From contig NC_058132.1 in NCBI RefSeq assembly GCF_016433145.1, positions 207,918,396-207,982,395 of the forward strand: 64,000 bases of DNA, in the 5' to 3' direction. The translations under genes and the position numbers were made by a program. Source of the stretch: Gracilinanus agilis. Lineage: Eukaryota. The first letter of the stretch is position 1. Each line of letters opens with the position of its first letter. This document shows positions 31,243-44,639 of this stretch, in pieces. The notes beneath the pieces were generated by a model. That model did no database searches. It had not been told where the DNA came from and saw nothing but the letters and a program-made list of their open reading frames with translations.

Positions 31243-32909
31243 GTGAGTTGATAAATGATATAATGCAAAGAGAGACTTGTCTTGGAGTGAGGGGAAAACT
31301 GGTTTCATCCCACTTCTGACATTAATAGTTCTCTGAGTTTGTTTCCTCATCTGTAAAATGGACATAATAATAGCAACTACTTCACAGCATGTTTTTGAGG
31401 CTCAAGTGAGATATGTACAATATATTTTGCAAGCCTCAAAGTGTTCTCTATGTAATTACCAGCTATTTTTATCCTTAATGCCCTTTTAAGAGTTTCAGAA
31501 CCTATCAATGCTATTGCCACTTTTTGAATACCCTGTCTGTATTGTAGCCACATTAATGACCTACCCAAGCGATGGCCCAAAGGTTTAATTTCCTTTTAGA
31601 GTCTTCAAAAATGAAGAAAACCTTGGCCCTGAAATTGGAATCTCATAGGCTTTTCCTAGCTTCCCTTCCCCCAATCAGGACTAGCAGGGAACCCAGCTCC
31701 TTCCAGTATGGGAGAATGTAGAGCTATAACAAGGGAAGTTCAGCTGGTAAAGTGCTCTGATGTGCTTCTCACAGCAGGGGGTACATTCTGTCCTCTCCCC
31801 TCACACAGAGACAGCCTCATTAGGACCAAGGAGAACATTTGTTTCTACCGTGGTGGTGGAGGAGACTCCATCCTGGTGCTGTGGCCCAATTAGAGTGATT
31901 TGGCTGTGTCGATAATAGAGTTGTCTCTCATATATCTGCTTTAATAAAGTCACTATAGTGGATGGATGATCCAAAATACTTTTTAAGCAAAAGGCCTTGT
32001 AATGCTTTTGAATTCTTCCCAAAAAGCATGAGTGTTTCTTTTCTGGAAATGCACAGTTCTCCAAGAAAAATCATGAAGACCTGAAATCAGATCTAAAACT
32101 AGAAGAGACCATAGAAACTGTGAGTCCAGTTCTCTCATTTTACAAGTGAAGAAACTGAGGCCCAGAAAGGTTAAGTTAATTGCCTAAGGTCACCCAGGTA
32201 GTAAGTACATGTAGTAGGATTTGAACCCAAGTCATCCTAGGGTCAGTTCTAATACTCCATCCTTTACACCGCCTGGTTTAGAATGAGCAAGAAAGTTGTC
32301 TAGCTTTCCCACCCTTGGGGATTTGTACCAAAAGAAGATGTAATAAATAAGTCTACTAAGAAGTAAAAAACAAGCTTTACCTTAGAAAACTGAATTGACT
32401 TGTATTTATCTCTTTCCAGAGTTTAACCAGAATGTTCTCTTAGCTCCCAGACTCATGTGCATTCATGATATTCCCCCAGCTTCTCTTCCACCATAGGGTG
32501 AGGGACAACTGTGTCATAATACATATATAAACAGACTTGAGTGTTTTGATGACCTTAAAAGAGAGAGGACATATTTGTACATGTATTAATAATATGAGAG
32601 CATTCTTGTGCACAGACTGATGAGCCCATAACACTGAATCTTCTCTGTGGCCTTTTTCCTACAGCTGTCTATAAACACTTTCTAGAAAAATCTTGGGACA
32701 ACCAATCACTAGGATTCCATTTTCTCGTGACTCTCACAGTCCCTTTCTCCAGGGCGCTATTTCTTTTATCCCCTCGGTTCCCCATTTCATTGCCTGCCAC
32801 CAGGGAATTGGCACCCTTATGTCACATCTCAGCCTTAGAGCTCACTGAGCAGCTTTGATTTTTGATGCATTGCCCTTATTTCATACTAACTCACTTCTAA
32901 TTTTAAAAG

Positions 32910-32982
32910 GTCGCTGCGGTTACCAGTCGTGGAATAGGAAACTGGAGCGATTCAAAATCCATCACCACCATAAAAGGAAAAG
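32910..32982 (+). CDS. SORL1: SORL1 exon 38, FN3 ([24 protein letters not shown])
   Basis: ttttaaaag acceptor, GTAAAT donor at 32983; 73 nt. Confidence 0.96.
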
Positions 32983-33737
32983 GTAAATCATCCCATTGCC
33001 TACAGAGTGGTAATGGTAGGAAACCCTTTTGAAATGGGCCTGAGAATGAAGAAATAGATTAAAATCTTCAATCTGGCTTGTTCCTGGACACTCGTTCAGG
33101 ATGGTTTATAAATATTTTCTTGTAGGTAATGGTTGGGTATGTTTCTTGTTCCTGATAAATTCTTTGTCCTTTTTTAAAAGAATGCAGCATTTCTTAAAAT
33201 TCAAAGGCAGACAGGGACTGAGAAAGGTTATCTTAGCTTTCCCTTTATCTTTGGACAAGCTGCAGCTACGTCACCCAGGACCAATAGTGTACCTCTCTTG
33301 TCCCCAAAGCTTTATGTGTTTTGAAGTGATGGGTATATTGACTACTACAGTTTACAGTTCATAAATAAACCCATCCTTAAAAGACCTTTGTCACAGTCTC
33401 TTAATAATGCTAGTACTAGTGGTGCTTGTGTCCAGAACTAAAAGCCAAAAGTTATTAAGTTTAGTTCATTGCTGTGTATACAACGGTCACTGGCATATGA
33501 TCCTGTGAGCTAAATAGTGACTGAAATTAAAGTTTGCTCTAGCAAATAGTTTTCCAAGTGAGTACTTGTTCTTCATCTTGGAACCAGGCATCTTTACCTT
33601 TAGATCTGTGGATTTTAAAATGCTTTCTTGTGATTAGAGGTATATGCCTTGAAACCTGAGGCCTGTGAAAAAAGGTTTCAAAGCTATACCTTTTGAGCAT
33701 TTGACTTCTTATTAAAATCTAGGGTCATTGGTTTATA

Positions 33738-33920
33738 TTTTTTTTTAACCCTTAACTCTGGTGTATTGTCTCATAGGTGGAAGAGTGGTAAGGGTGGGCA
33801 ATGGGGGTCAAGTGACTTGCCCAGGGTCACACAGCTGGGAAGTGGCTGAGGCCGGGTTTGAACCTAGGACCTCCTGTCTCTAGGCCTGACTCTCACTCCA
33901 CTGAGCTACCCAGCTGCCCC
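33738..33920 (-). mobile_element. Young SINE1_Mdo-like copy
   Basis: Near-consensus head and CORE; TSD TCATTGGTTTATA at 33725-33737 and 33921-33933. Confidence 0.93.
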
Positions 33921-34310
33921 TCATTGGTTTATATTTTTAAAAGATTTAAATGAGAAAAGCAAATTTAGAGAATCCACTAAGAGTAAGGCAGAATAAAGAA
34001 CTGGATGATGAGAGAAACCTGCTGGACTTACTCCTCTCTGCCTTTTTTTTTTTTTTAAAGAAACCAAATACAAAGTTGGAGGCATAGTTCTCACTGTATT
34101 CATGGTGAGAAGGTTTCTGAAGAGACCAGTAGGAGAATACCTCTTGAGATTGCTTAGACAAAGGATAAACAGTCCCACATTTTAAAATCCTAAATCATTA
34201 CTTTTATTAAACTTATTTCAGTGGTGGTGTTGAAGTCCAGCTTCACAGAGGTGAACCAGATATAGCATGTGCAGAAGACACCTTTTATTGCACTAAATAG
34301 TGACATATTG

Positions 34311-34477
34311 TAGAGCACAGTGGCACTGACCTATAATTCTGGCTCCTCAGGAGGCTGAGGCTTAGAGATCTCTTGAGCTCAGGAATTCTGAGTTAATATG
34401 GGCTATGCTGATTGGGTATTTATGCTAAGTTTGGTATTAGTATGGTGAGCCTCCAGGGGTAGGGACCACCAGGTTGC
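34311..34477 (+). pseudogene. 7SL-derived 5' fragment
   Basis: CAGGAGGCTGAGGCT...GCTAAGTTTGGTATTAGTATGGTGAGCCTCC...GGGACCACCAGGTTGC colinear with 7SL nt ~1-170. Confidence 0.82.
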
Positions 34478-34689
34478 ATGGCCTATGGTAGGTGCATAAT
34501 AAATACTTATTGGCTGATTTAGAGATGGAAGGGACCTTAGAGATTATTTCATCTAATCCTTTCACTTGAAAAATAAAGAAACTGAAGGCAAGAAAGGATA
34601 AGTAACTTGCCCAAGATCTTATATAGTAAGTAATAGAGCTGAAATATAAATTCTGATTCTACCAAGAAGATCATTCATAAATTGGCAAA

Positions 34690-35040
34690 ATGTCCGGGTT
34701 GGAGGGCAGCCAAGATGGCCACGGATCTCAAGTTTATGTCATATGAGGAAAAGAGAAATGAACTAAGGGTCTTTAATTCAATGAGCACACAACAAAATCA
34801 TTATCTTCATTTATTTAAAGGCCTGTCATATGGATAAAGGATTGGACTTATTCTTCTTGGCTTCACAGGGCAAAATTATGAGAAAGAGATGGAAGCTATG
34901 TAGAAGCAAATTTAGGTTTGGATTAGGTGGGAAGCTTCCTACCAATTCGAGCTATCCAAAAGTGAGATTATAGCTCCTGGAAGTGGTAGGTTCTTTTCAA
35001 GGAAAGAGGGAGTGACCACTTATTGGTGTCTTTCAAAGGA
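34690..35040 (+). mobile_element. CR1/L3 LINE 3' fragment
   Basis: GGTTGGAGGGCAGCCAAGATGG...TCTTCATTTATTTAAAGGCCTGTCAT...AAATTTAGGTT typical of L3 ORF2 end/3'UTR (recall). Confidence 0.7.
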
Positions 35041-35995
35041 TATTTTTTTGTGAAAAGTGTGATGAAGAAGTTGTACATTCAAATAGTCTCCAGGTTGGAG
35101 GGGATCTGAAAAGATAACAGCTTTGTTACAATGCTGACAGTGACAGGTGTGCTTTGTACAAAAAGTGGATAGCTTTCTACCGTTTTTTCCTGTTCTCATT
35201 CTCCTTGGCTTTTAACTTTGGTATGAGATTTATTCTCAGATAGTTCCAGAACATAGATTGTTCATTAGTTTAGAGTCTCTCAATGTTATAGAATAGGAGT
35301 GTCATTAAGAGGTAGTATAAAGAACACCAGACCCCTGGAGTCAATCAATTTTTAGGTTTCAACTCCTATGAGACCTGGGGTAAATCCCTGAGCCTAAGTC
35401 TTCTCATCTAAATAAATCTAAATCCGTCTCATCCACATGGGGATACATATAAAGCCATATAAAGTAATTGTAAGCAACAAATGATCTGTATCAGTGGTCA
35501 TCTAGTCAAACCCAGTCATTCAGGATCACACACATAGTAAGAATCAGAGATGGGATTTAAACCTAATTGTTTTGACTCTAGAGAGAATAGTAGTTTTCTA
35601 CCTTCGCCCAGAGCCTCCTAAAGGGATGTAAAAGTGTCTTGTGAATGTAAAGTGTTTAATAAATGTGAATTGTTATAATAGAAATTGGGGTCTTACTAGA
35701 GAGAGAACACCCACTGTGATCCCATTGCCTTTGGAAATTGGGCTGAGGTGAATTATTGTTAGGAAAAGGCCTCTTTAAAAAGAAGAAAAGAATGGTAATT
35801 CCAAGCTTGGCTTAGTCAACTGTACCTGAGTGAGATATGACAGGTGGGCAAAATCAGGCAAAGGAAATCCCCTGCATGCCCAGACTGAAAGATCACTTTG
35901 TCCATAGAACAGGAAATGACTAAGTCTCATAGAAATTGCTGGTTGTCTAATTTTTCTTTCTTAGATTCTCATTTTGAATTCTTTTCTGTCTTCAG

Positions 35996-36078
35996 TGATC
36001 CCACCACCAAGTATCCATATTGAAAGCTTCAGTGAAAATTCTCTCAGTCTCACTCTGGTAATGGATAGCAACTTTAAG
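35996..36078 (+). CDS. SORL1: SORL1 exon 39, FN3 (VIPPPSIHIESFSENSLSLTLVMDSNFK)
   Basis: tcttcag acceptor, GTAATA donor at 36079; 83 nt. Confidence 0.95.
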
Positions 36079-37798
36079 GTAATACTAAAATTTGTATTCT
36101 GGTTCATGGGGAGTAGGCAGGTGGTAAGCAGGAACACAGCTCATTCCCAAGGAGCTGACTTAGGTGCCTTGAATGATAGACTTTCCCCAGCATGAGAATC
36201 AATATGTTAGTTTCAGTTGGATCAAGAGAAATGAATGACTCTGGTGATGTAGTAATACCCTAACCAGGTTGGCTTCTTTCTTTTTACCTCTCCCAGCTCT
36301 CCCTCCCAACATATTCCCCACCCCAAAGCTAAAGAATTACTTGAATCTTCATGTATAATTATCTTGCCTCAGCCTGGTGCTTTCTTTTTTTTTAAACCAT
36401 GTAATTAAACGGTTCACAGCTACAGTGCAAATAAAGACTTGGTGTTAACAGAGAACGTGTGCCCTGTAATTTTCAGCTTTATTGGATTTCCTGGTGCTAC
36501 GAGCTAATGCAGTGTTTCTCACACTGGAAGAAGAGCTTTTGTGGGGAGAAGCTCTGTTACTTTCCCAGGGAAAAATGGATTTTGCGTATTTCCCTCTCAT
36601 ACCTCCCCAGTCTATGCTCCCCCAAACCTGCACACTCTTCCATGGCTCACCCCTGCTTCCCCATAGTTCCCACTTTCCATAGAAACCAGAGACATACCTT
36701 TGAATGTCCTTTAGAGAGTTAAGATTGGGATCTTGTGGCTCCTTAGTGAAAGTGAACCAATAGGAACAAATAAGAGTGGAGAGAGGTAGGAACTTCTAGT
36801 GATGAGGAGCCTTGAAGCAGCCCATTGTAACTCTAGCTCTTAATTATTTGGAATATATTGACCCTTGAAACTAAGATTTAGATTCTAGTCACGGCCCTGA
36901 CACTGCTTTGATGTATGGTCTTGACAAAATGACTTACCCTCTCTGGGCCACAGTTTACTCACCTGTAAAATGAGGACAGTGGACATGCCTTTCCCACTCT
37001 TATCATGGTAACAAAACCTCTATGGTTTGAGGATTGTAGGTGGTGTTCTAGATTTTCACTTTTATTGTTTGGCATACTTTATGCCCATCTCTGCCTTAGG
37101 AGTGATGACAGGAACAAAAACTTACATACTACCTGGGAACACAAAGCTAGACTTTATGGACAGAAAAAAAAAAAACAAAAAAAAACCTTACAAAAACCCT
37201 AATGTTCTTTGCTTATTTTCTCTTCGCTATCTAGTGCCCTTTTGTAGCATGACATGTCTAGGTGCTGGCTGTCTCTCCCACATCCCCCCACCCAAGCCCA
37301 CCAGTCTAGAATTCATTCCTTCCTCTCACTCTTGCCTCTTAACCATCTCTAGCATCTTTCTAGCTCAGCTCAGGTCTTTTCCTTCTAGGTTACGAGGAGA
37401 CTTTTCCCAATTCTCCCAGCTGTTAGTGCTTACCCCCTCCAAAAACAATTTCTCTTGTATTTATTCTGAATACACCTATATGTGCTCTCTTTTTGTCTTT
37501 CAGTCCTCATTGCCTGGCACAGAGAAGGTATTTGATTAATGTTGATTTATGGATTAAATAGTATGAAGTTTCGTTAAAAGGGAAGCAATAGATGGCCCTT
37601 CATTTGGTTGATTTTAACCATGCTTATTTCAGTCACTCCAGTTGTGGAGAGAATCACAATACCGTGGAGATTGTGGTCAGAGGGTACATTAAGGAAGACC
37701 TTGATCATCATCCTAGTCCCTCTACTTGTTCCTATTATTGATAAGAAACAAGATGCAGAAAACTGCTGCCATGATAACTGTCTCTTGGTGTTTGGCAG

Positions 37799-37895
37799 GT
37801 GAATGGCTACGTGGTGAACCTTTTCTGGGCCTTCGACACTCACAGACAAGAGATGAGAACTTTATTTCTTCATGGGGAGATAACATCACACAAAG
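37799..37895 (+). CDS. SORL1: SORL1 exon 40, FN3 ([32 protein letters not shown])
   Basis: tttggcag acceptor, GTAAAA donor at 37896; 97 nt. Confidence 0.95.
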
Positions 37896-39259
37896 GTAAA
37901 ATGTGGCATCCAGATGGCATGCAGCAGGTGGGATAGAGGTTGCTTGAGGTATTTATTTCCAAGCAATGTAAGTTTTTCAATGTTAAAACTAATATATGGA
38001 TTTCCTTCCCCAAAGATCATTCAGATTAGAGAGCATCCCCTCCATTCTGGATAATTTAGATGTGTTCAGGAAGGAAAGAAGGGAAGCGGGGAGGGAGGAA
38101 TTAAGGCCTACTATGTGATGTGCATTGTGCTAAACACATCATAAATATCTCCTTTGAAGGCAGAGAGATGGACCAGATGACCTCTCAAGGTCTCTTCTGG
38201 ACTTTAAGATTCTGCTAGAGATTCAAAATTGAAAGGAAAATGGAAACTGTTACACATAAGTGTCTTTCTCTGAAGTTGATAATTAGATTCTAGGTTAGGT
38301 ATATCAGATTGACCAGCTACAGTGGCATTCCTTGCAGGAGACTGTAATTTCTTATCTCTGGAGGAAAAAAGATTCTGTGTTCATGCTCTCTCTCATTCCT
38401 GAAAATATGAAGCTTTTAATCTGAAAATGCACCAAGGAAAGGCTACCAGATCATGGCTAAGCTTCTCCTTTGCCTGAGATAGAACTTTCAATGAGGGGGG
38501 CCCAGCCTTTGGAATGTGAAGAACTGACATGGATAACCAACCCTTTCTCCCAGAGCTCTCCATAGTAATCCCTCATTTATCTTTCGTTAGCTAAGGATGT
38601 AGTCTCATAAATGGATTTCCCAAATTATGGAAGCCAAGTGCCAAAATTACTTTAAAATTTTAAGCCTTCTTTTACTGTAAGGTAATTGGTTGTATGTCTA
38701 ATTTTTATGGTATGTGTGTGCCTCTTTTTTTTCTGACTCTTCTCTCTGCATCAAATTGGCAGCCATCACTTAGAAAACATAGAATTCTTAGTATTGGAAG
38801 AGACCTTAAAGGTCATGTAGTCCAAAGCATCCTAAGGCCTCCAGCAGTGCAGAAGTTCCTTCTGCTCTGAAACATACCTTTCTTTCTGCTCTTGTTTCTG
38901 AGATTAACCCATTCCCTGCCCCTTTACAGTTTTCCAGTCTGGCCATACTAATGGCAGAGGCCCATGGTGCTGTAATGCCTTTATTTTTTAGATGTCGTTG
39001 CTGTTTCCTCCCCATTTTAACAAAATCCTGCTGGGGGTGGTTGGTCCCTTTTCTGTCATCCTGTTCCTAGTCTTACTTCCATTCTAAGACTAGAGTGGGT
39101 GCTTCAGTAGCAGGAAAAAAGCCAGTCTCTGTGAACATCTTTCCCACCACTAGGGACTGGGACATTCAGGTTGTAAGAGTGTTCCCAGTGTCCTAATACC
39201 TCACTTTTTCTCTAGGCCCTATTCATCTCTTTACCCACAACTCCTGACCAAGATCTTAG

Positions 39260-39720
39260 GATGATATGGGCAATTCAATTTTAGGCTGAATTAGACAGAT
39301 AATATTGAGAATGAGGGAATTGATAGTATACTTTAGTCTTCCCTGGTCAGACTGTGTCTCTAGTATTGTGTTCAGTGCCACTCACATTTTTAGCCAAGAG
39401 ATTGACATGCCCATGTTCATAGGAGGGAGGCTAAAATGTTAAGGAAACTGGTAACCATTACTTAAGAGGATTGGAGCATTAGGAGTATTCACCTTATAGA
39501 AAAACTTATTTAAAAGAAGGATTGGTCTTGTTTTGCTTGACCCTAGGAAAAAATTTCTAATTTCAGCTGAAATTATATTGGGTTGACTCAGGGAGGTAGT
39601 GAGGTCCCATCACTGGGTGACTTTAGGTAAAGGCTACTAGCTAACCATTTCTTAGGGATGCTTTAGATGCCCAATATGGCTTGAGAAGGGGCTAGTTTAG
39701 ATGACATCTAAGATTACTTT
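39260..39720 (+). mobile_element. CR1/L3 LINE fragment
   Basis: CCCTGGTCAGAC...TAGTATTGTGTTCAGT (LVRPHLEYCVQFW-like, degraded). Confidence 0.7.
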
Positions 39721-39729
39721 TAATTTTTA

Positions 39730-40430
39730 AGGTTTTATTTACTTCTTTTAATTAAGAACAATTTATTTTCTCTCTCTACCCTCCTTTAAAAAAAAGAGAG
39801 AGAAACAAAGTTAGTATAACTGAATAGTTGTTGCTGTATATATTATTGTGTTTCTACTCGTTTCACTTTGTATCAGTTCATAGAAGTCCTCCCAGATTCC
39901 TTTGAAACCATCCCTTTTATCATTTCTTATGGCACAATATGGCAATAATACATTGATATATTATAATTTATTCAACCATTTCCCAAAAAATGGGCATCCC
40001 CAGAGTTTCCAATTTTTTCCATGTTACAAAAAGAGCTTGCAATAAGTATTTTTTTACGTGGGTTCTTTTTCTATTTCTTTGATCTCTTCCAGTTCTATGT
40101 AGAATCATGGATCAAAGAGGATGCAGTTTATTGACTCATTGTGTTTAGTTCCCAATTGCTTTCCAGAATGGCTGAGCTGATTCACAGATCCACCAATAGT
40201 ACGTTGGTGTGCCTGTTGTCTTACAGTGCCTCCAGCATTAGTCATTTTCCTTTTTTTGTCATATGTGCCAAGAAATGGGCACAATGAAGTAGAACATAAG
40301 AGCTTCTTTAATTTTTATTTCTCTAATTATTAGCAATTAGAGTTTTTATTTTACTGTTATTAGCTTAGGTTTCTTCCTGAGAACTGTTCATTCATATTCT
40401 TTGACTATTTATCAACTGGAAAAATGTTGG
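39730..40430 (-). mobile_element. Old L1 3' fragment
   Basis: Reverse-strand L1 ORF2-end motifs (TTATTCAACCATTTCCC...GGGCATCCCC...TTTCCAATTTTTT). Confidence 0.7.
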
Positions 40431-41143
40431 ATAATATAAAATATGTAGAGACATAAAAACTTGAAAAGGTGTTTACTTCATTCTCCTTGCTGATAGAGAC
40501 TATGGCTTTATTATTGTTCTATTCCCCAGAGCATAGCACAATACTTTATACATAAGCACTTAATAAATAGTTGTTTTAGTTTTAGTTTAGTCCTTGAACA
40601 AATGAAGGAAACTTCACCGTTATAATCTGAATTTGGGTCTTGTCTTTCCTTACTAAGTCTAAGTTAAATAGAAAGGGCACAGAGGGCCACAGGAAAAATC
40701 TTACTCCTAGATTGTTTCCTCATCATTACTCCAAGGAATATATAATCTCATTAATATGTGCACTCCCTATAAGGATGTTGATCAAACCCACTTATTAGGA
40801 TTTTATTTAATAATTGGATTCTATGGAATTGCCTGAAACCCAAAGAAGTTAATTGATTCACCCAAGGTCACTCAGTTAATAAATATCAGAAGTAGGATTT
40901 GAACCTGTTTACCTGATTTTTAGGTGCTCTGGCCTCTCTATTATGCTGCTTCTGAGTAGAATCATAATATTCTTATAAACAATCAGGTGTTCAAAGGTGA
41001 GGTTGGATAGTTAACCTGATGCAAATCTCACAGTATGTAAACTTATTTCTGCCTTTATAGTTAATCTAGATGTATCAAGATAAAAATTATAACCTAATTT
41101 TCTCTCTTTGCTTCTTGCCATTTTCCTTCTCGCTTCTCCCTAG

Positions 41144-41328
41144 TGAATAATCTTACTGCTCACACCTCCTATGAGATTTCTGCCTGGGCCAAGACAGACC
41201 TGGGTGACAGTCCTCTAGCTTTTGAACACGTGATGACCAGGGGCACTCGTCCACCCTCTCCTAGCCTCAAAGCCAAAGCCACCAATCAGACCGCAGTGGA
41301 GTGCACCTGGACTGGGCCAAGGAATGTG
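41144..41328 (+). CDS. SORL1: SORL1 exon 41, FN3 ([62 protein letters not shown])
   Basis: long pyrimidine tract + tag, GTGAGT donor at 41329; 185 nt. Confidence 0.97.
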
Positions 41329-42169
41329 GTGAGTGGGGTGGGAGAACCTCCACAGACACTGACCCCCATATCCTCAGGTCAGTGGGTAGAATTTGGAGGT
41401 GTTCAAACTAGTATTGCTTTACCACTCCTCTCCTCAAATAATTTAAGATAGGTTTTTTATAGACTATTTGGTGTATGATCCTTTGAGAAAACGTTACCTT
41501 CTCTCCTGGCACTTGCTAAGTTTTCACTCTTTTTCTGAATGCCTGGCCATACCATGGCCTGGGCTCCAACCCTGTGAACATAAGTAAAAAGGTCCCTTCC
41601 TAGTGGAGTCATATTTATTACATACTCTGTGCTAGAATGTCAGAGAACTTTATTATTAGGCTTAACCTTGTGTCATGGGCATTTTCTAGAATCTGACAGC
41701 AATCTTAGCTGTGGGAAAATCCAGAACAGTTTCTATGCCTCCTTTCCTTATGTCTTTGGGAAGAATATTTGCCAATACCTACCCTGCCATGGTCTAAGCT
41801 CCTCCACCTCATCCCTTGGCAGGAAGCATTGTTGTAACATGATGAAACTTACACAGGGCCACAAATCAGAAATCCTGGGTTCTAAAGTCCACCCAAGTGC
41901 TATGGGAGCTGGGACAAGTGGCCTGTCTTCTCTTTGGGCCCTCGAAGTAAAATGGGAAAACTAAGGAATCCCTTCCCCTCTCTTGCCTCTGAGAAATGAG
42001 AATGAATGGATGAATGCTTATGAAGACTTTGGAAATTCTGTGGGGGTTAATGGACTCCCTCTGGACCATTTGGTTTCCATATTTCCAAACATGGCACATG
42101 GAGAGAAGGAAAATGCTCAGTATCAAGATGATGGACTGATCTCCTGTCTTGTTCTCTGCCTTCCTCCAG

Positions 42170-42289
42170 GTTTATGGGGTTTTCTATGCCACGTCCTTTC
42201 TGGATCTCTACCGCAACCCAAAGAACCTGACTACCTCATTCCACAACAGCACAGTCATTGTCAACAGGGACGAGCAGTACTTATTTCTG
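42170..42289 (+). CDS. SORL1: SORL1 exon 42, FN3 ([40 protein letters not shown])
   Basis: ttcctccag acceptor, GTATGT donor at 42290; 120 nt. Confidence 0.97.
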
Positions 42290-42585
42290 GTATGTTTCTC
42301 TTGGGCTCACAGCTTCCTTCTTTTAAAGGGCAGCTAAGTGGCTGAAGTGATTATCTTCTGATTGATAGAGGAGTCAGAGACTTCACAGGGTAGCTTTGTG
42401 ACTTACAGACTAATGACTTGTCCTCAATTTGCCTGTCTGGATCATGGAGAGATAGTGTTTGCTGCTCAATTGGGGTATTGAGCTCCCTGAGCAATTTTCT
42501 ATGAATTCCACTGATCTTATCAGAGGGCATACAGGAGCAGCATTGATAATCAGGCATGTTTGGGGTGGGTGTTATTGGGCTCCAG

Positions 42586-42750
42586 GTTCGAGTGATAGCC
42601 CCATACCAAGGCCCGCCTTCTGACTACATTGTGGTGAAGATGATCCCAGACAACAGACTCCCCCCTCGACACCTTCATGCAGTGGACATTAGCAAGACCT
42701 CAGCCATCATCAAATGGGAATCGCCATATGACTCTCCTGACCAGGATATG
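42586..42750 (+). CDS. SORL1: SORL1 exon 43, FN3 ([55 protein letters not shown])
   Basis: ctccag acceptor, GTGAGC donor at 42751; 165 nt. Confidence 0.96.
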
Positions 42751-43970
42751 GTGAGCTGCTGGCAGGCAACCTGCCCATAGCCTTGGGACCTTCAACAATT
42801 GTCTAGGGTTGCTGGGGATACACTAGCTAGACAGTGTCATTGGGGACTTTGTGGTGGACAGCTCAACAATGTATCCCTTCTACCTGAGCCCAAGCCAAAT
42901 CAGAGAGGGATTTGAGATGCTTCTGTGAGAGGAACCGCTTCTTGATAAGGAAAGGCATCTGATTCCCATCTGGGTTTTAGTCCCCTAAAACTGTTCCCTG
43001 GTAGCATTAGCCCATCTGCTGTGTTTTCTTATTGTTTCCTGTCTGGCTGCCTGGCCAAAGGCAGAGTAAGTCTCCCCATTTTTCTGTCAAGGCACCTTAT
43101 GTTTTTGCCTTTTTCAGGAGATAGTGGAGGACAGAAAAGCCTGGTATGGGATGGTCCACAGGGTCACAGAAAGTTGGACAGGATTGAGTGACAAACACCA
43201 CCTTTAACTCATTAAGAATAGGACCGCTGATGAGTAAAGGACTGAATCAGCTTCTAGGGAGCAACATGTCACATCCATGCCCTCTCAGTGTCCACTAGTT
43301 AGAGGAAGGGTCTAGGGGGGGTATCGCCATCTTGAATTTAAATGGGTTTTCCCCTGAATTGAATTGAATCCCTGCTGAAGGGATTATACTAGTACATGCC
43401 CACTTCTTCCTTCCTAGTTTGTATCTCCATGTTATAAGTGTTATTCTTTACTTTCATTCCTTCCTTGTCCCCATGCCACATGCATGACATCACTCAGATT
43501 GAAAGAAAGCATGAATTTATTTACTTAGATCTAGTATTGAGCTTCAACCAAGTGTACAGAGCCCGAAGACTGGGTAGTTTTCCTCTCTTTTCTCCCTAGC
43601 CACACTCTTTGACTTTCGCTATTGTTGTTTCAAGGGGAACTAAATCCCGAGTTCATGTTTCTCCTCCCAGTTCCGTTCTGCAGTTGTCTTGATAAATATA
43701 GTCTCTTCTAAAGTCATGAGCGGGATCTTGGTATATATTTGATGGTTTCAGGCAAAGTTCTACTAATAAATTCTTGTAATGATGCTGAGACCTACTTGAG
43801 TCCCATGGGTCCTCAGAGGATACAGCTGCATTCCATAGTTCAGAATGTTGTTGCCTAGGGTCACCATGGCTAAATATGCCCTCGTTACATCATCTGTCAT
43901 AATATCCAGAAAGGAGGGAAAACATTGCAAAATAGTTGATATGCATCGATGTGTTTTTCTCTCCCTCCAG

Positions 43971-44145
43971 TTATATGCCGTTTCAGTTAAAGATTTAATA
44001 CGAAAAGCTGACAGGAACTACAAAGTGAAATCCCGGAACAGCACGCTCGAGTACCTGATTAGTAAATTGGAACCTGGTGGAAAATACCATGTCGTTGTAC
44101 AACTTGGAAACATGAGCAAAGAAGCCAGTGTGAAAATTAGTACAG
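43971..44145 (+). CDS. SORL1: SORL1 exon 44, FN3 ([58 protein letters not shown])
   Basis: ctccctccag acceptor, GTGAAC donor at 44146; 175 nt. Confidence 0.97.
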
Positions 44146-44639
44146 GTGAACAAGAGGGGATACTGTGTTATCTTGGTGCCAGCTAGATCTGAAAGGCAGC
44201 TCCAAAGTTAACACAGAACAACCATTTAGCCCCGATTCTAGAGTTCTGTGACTTCTCTGCCTAGACCTGTCTCATAGGGAGACGATGGTGATGGCAAGTT
44301 GATAAAGGGGGGAGTTTAGAGAAGAGAGGGGGGATTAGGTACATTAAATCCAATTTTACCATCATAGTTCTCTTCTCCTTGGGAGTCTTCAGGGGTTATG
44401 AGGAAGGAACATTCCCTTTTGACAAACATCTTCACAGGATTGCCTAAAGGGCACCAGAATTAGAATTTGTCTGCAGTTATATTGAAAAAATACAGTCAGC
44501 TCTTTCATGCCCCCCACCCCGTCTCCCTAATTTGTGGAGGGTGAGTGTGATGAAGGCACTGTGCATACACTGCTCAGTTTAGGGTAGAATGGTTCCTCCC
44601 CTCCCCCCCCCCCATGGAACTCTTCTGTTCCCTTTGTTA

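Noticed and set aside
32983-35995. An equivalent of the human intronic exon 38b
   Set aside because: I cannot identify an orthologous exon by eye; the intron is filled with SINE, 7SL and CR1 pieces, and 38b is recalled as primate-restricted; needs alignment
37027-37539. Longest ORF in the track (170 aa)
   Set aside because: Starts at TTG, runs through an A-tract and an L2-like fragment; no domain; intronic
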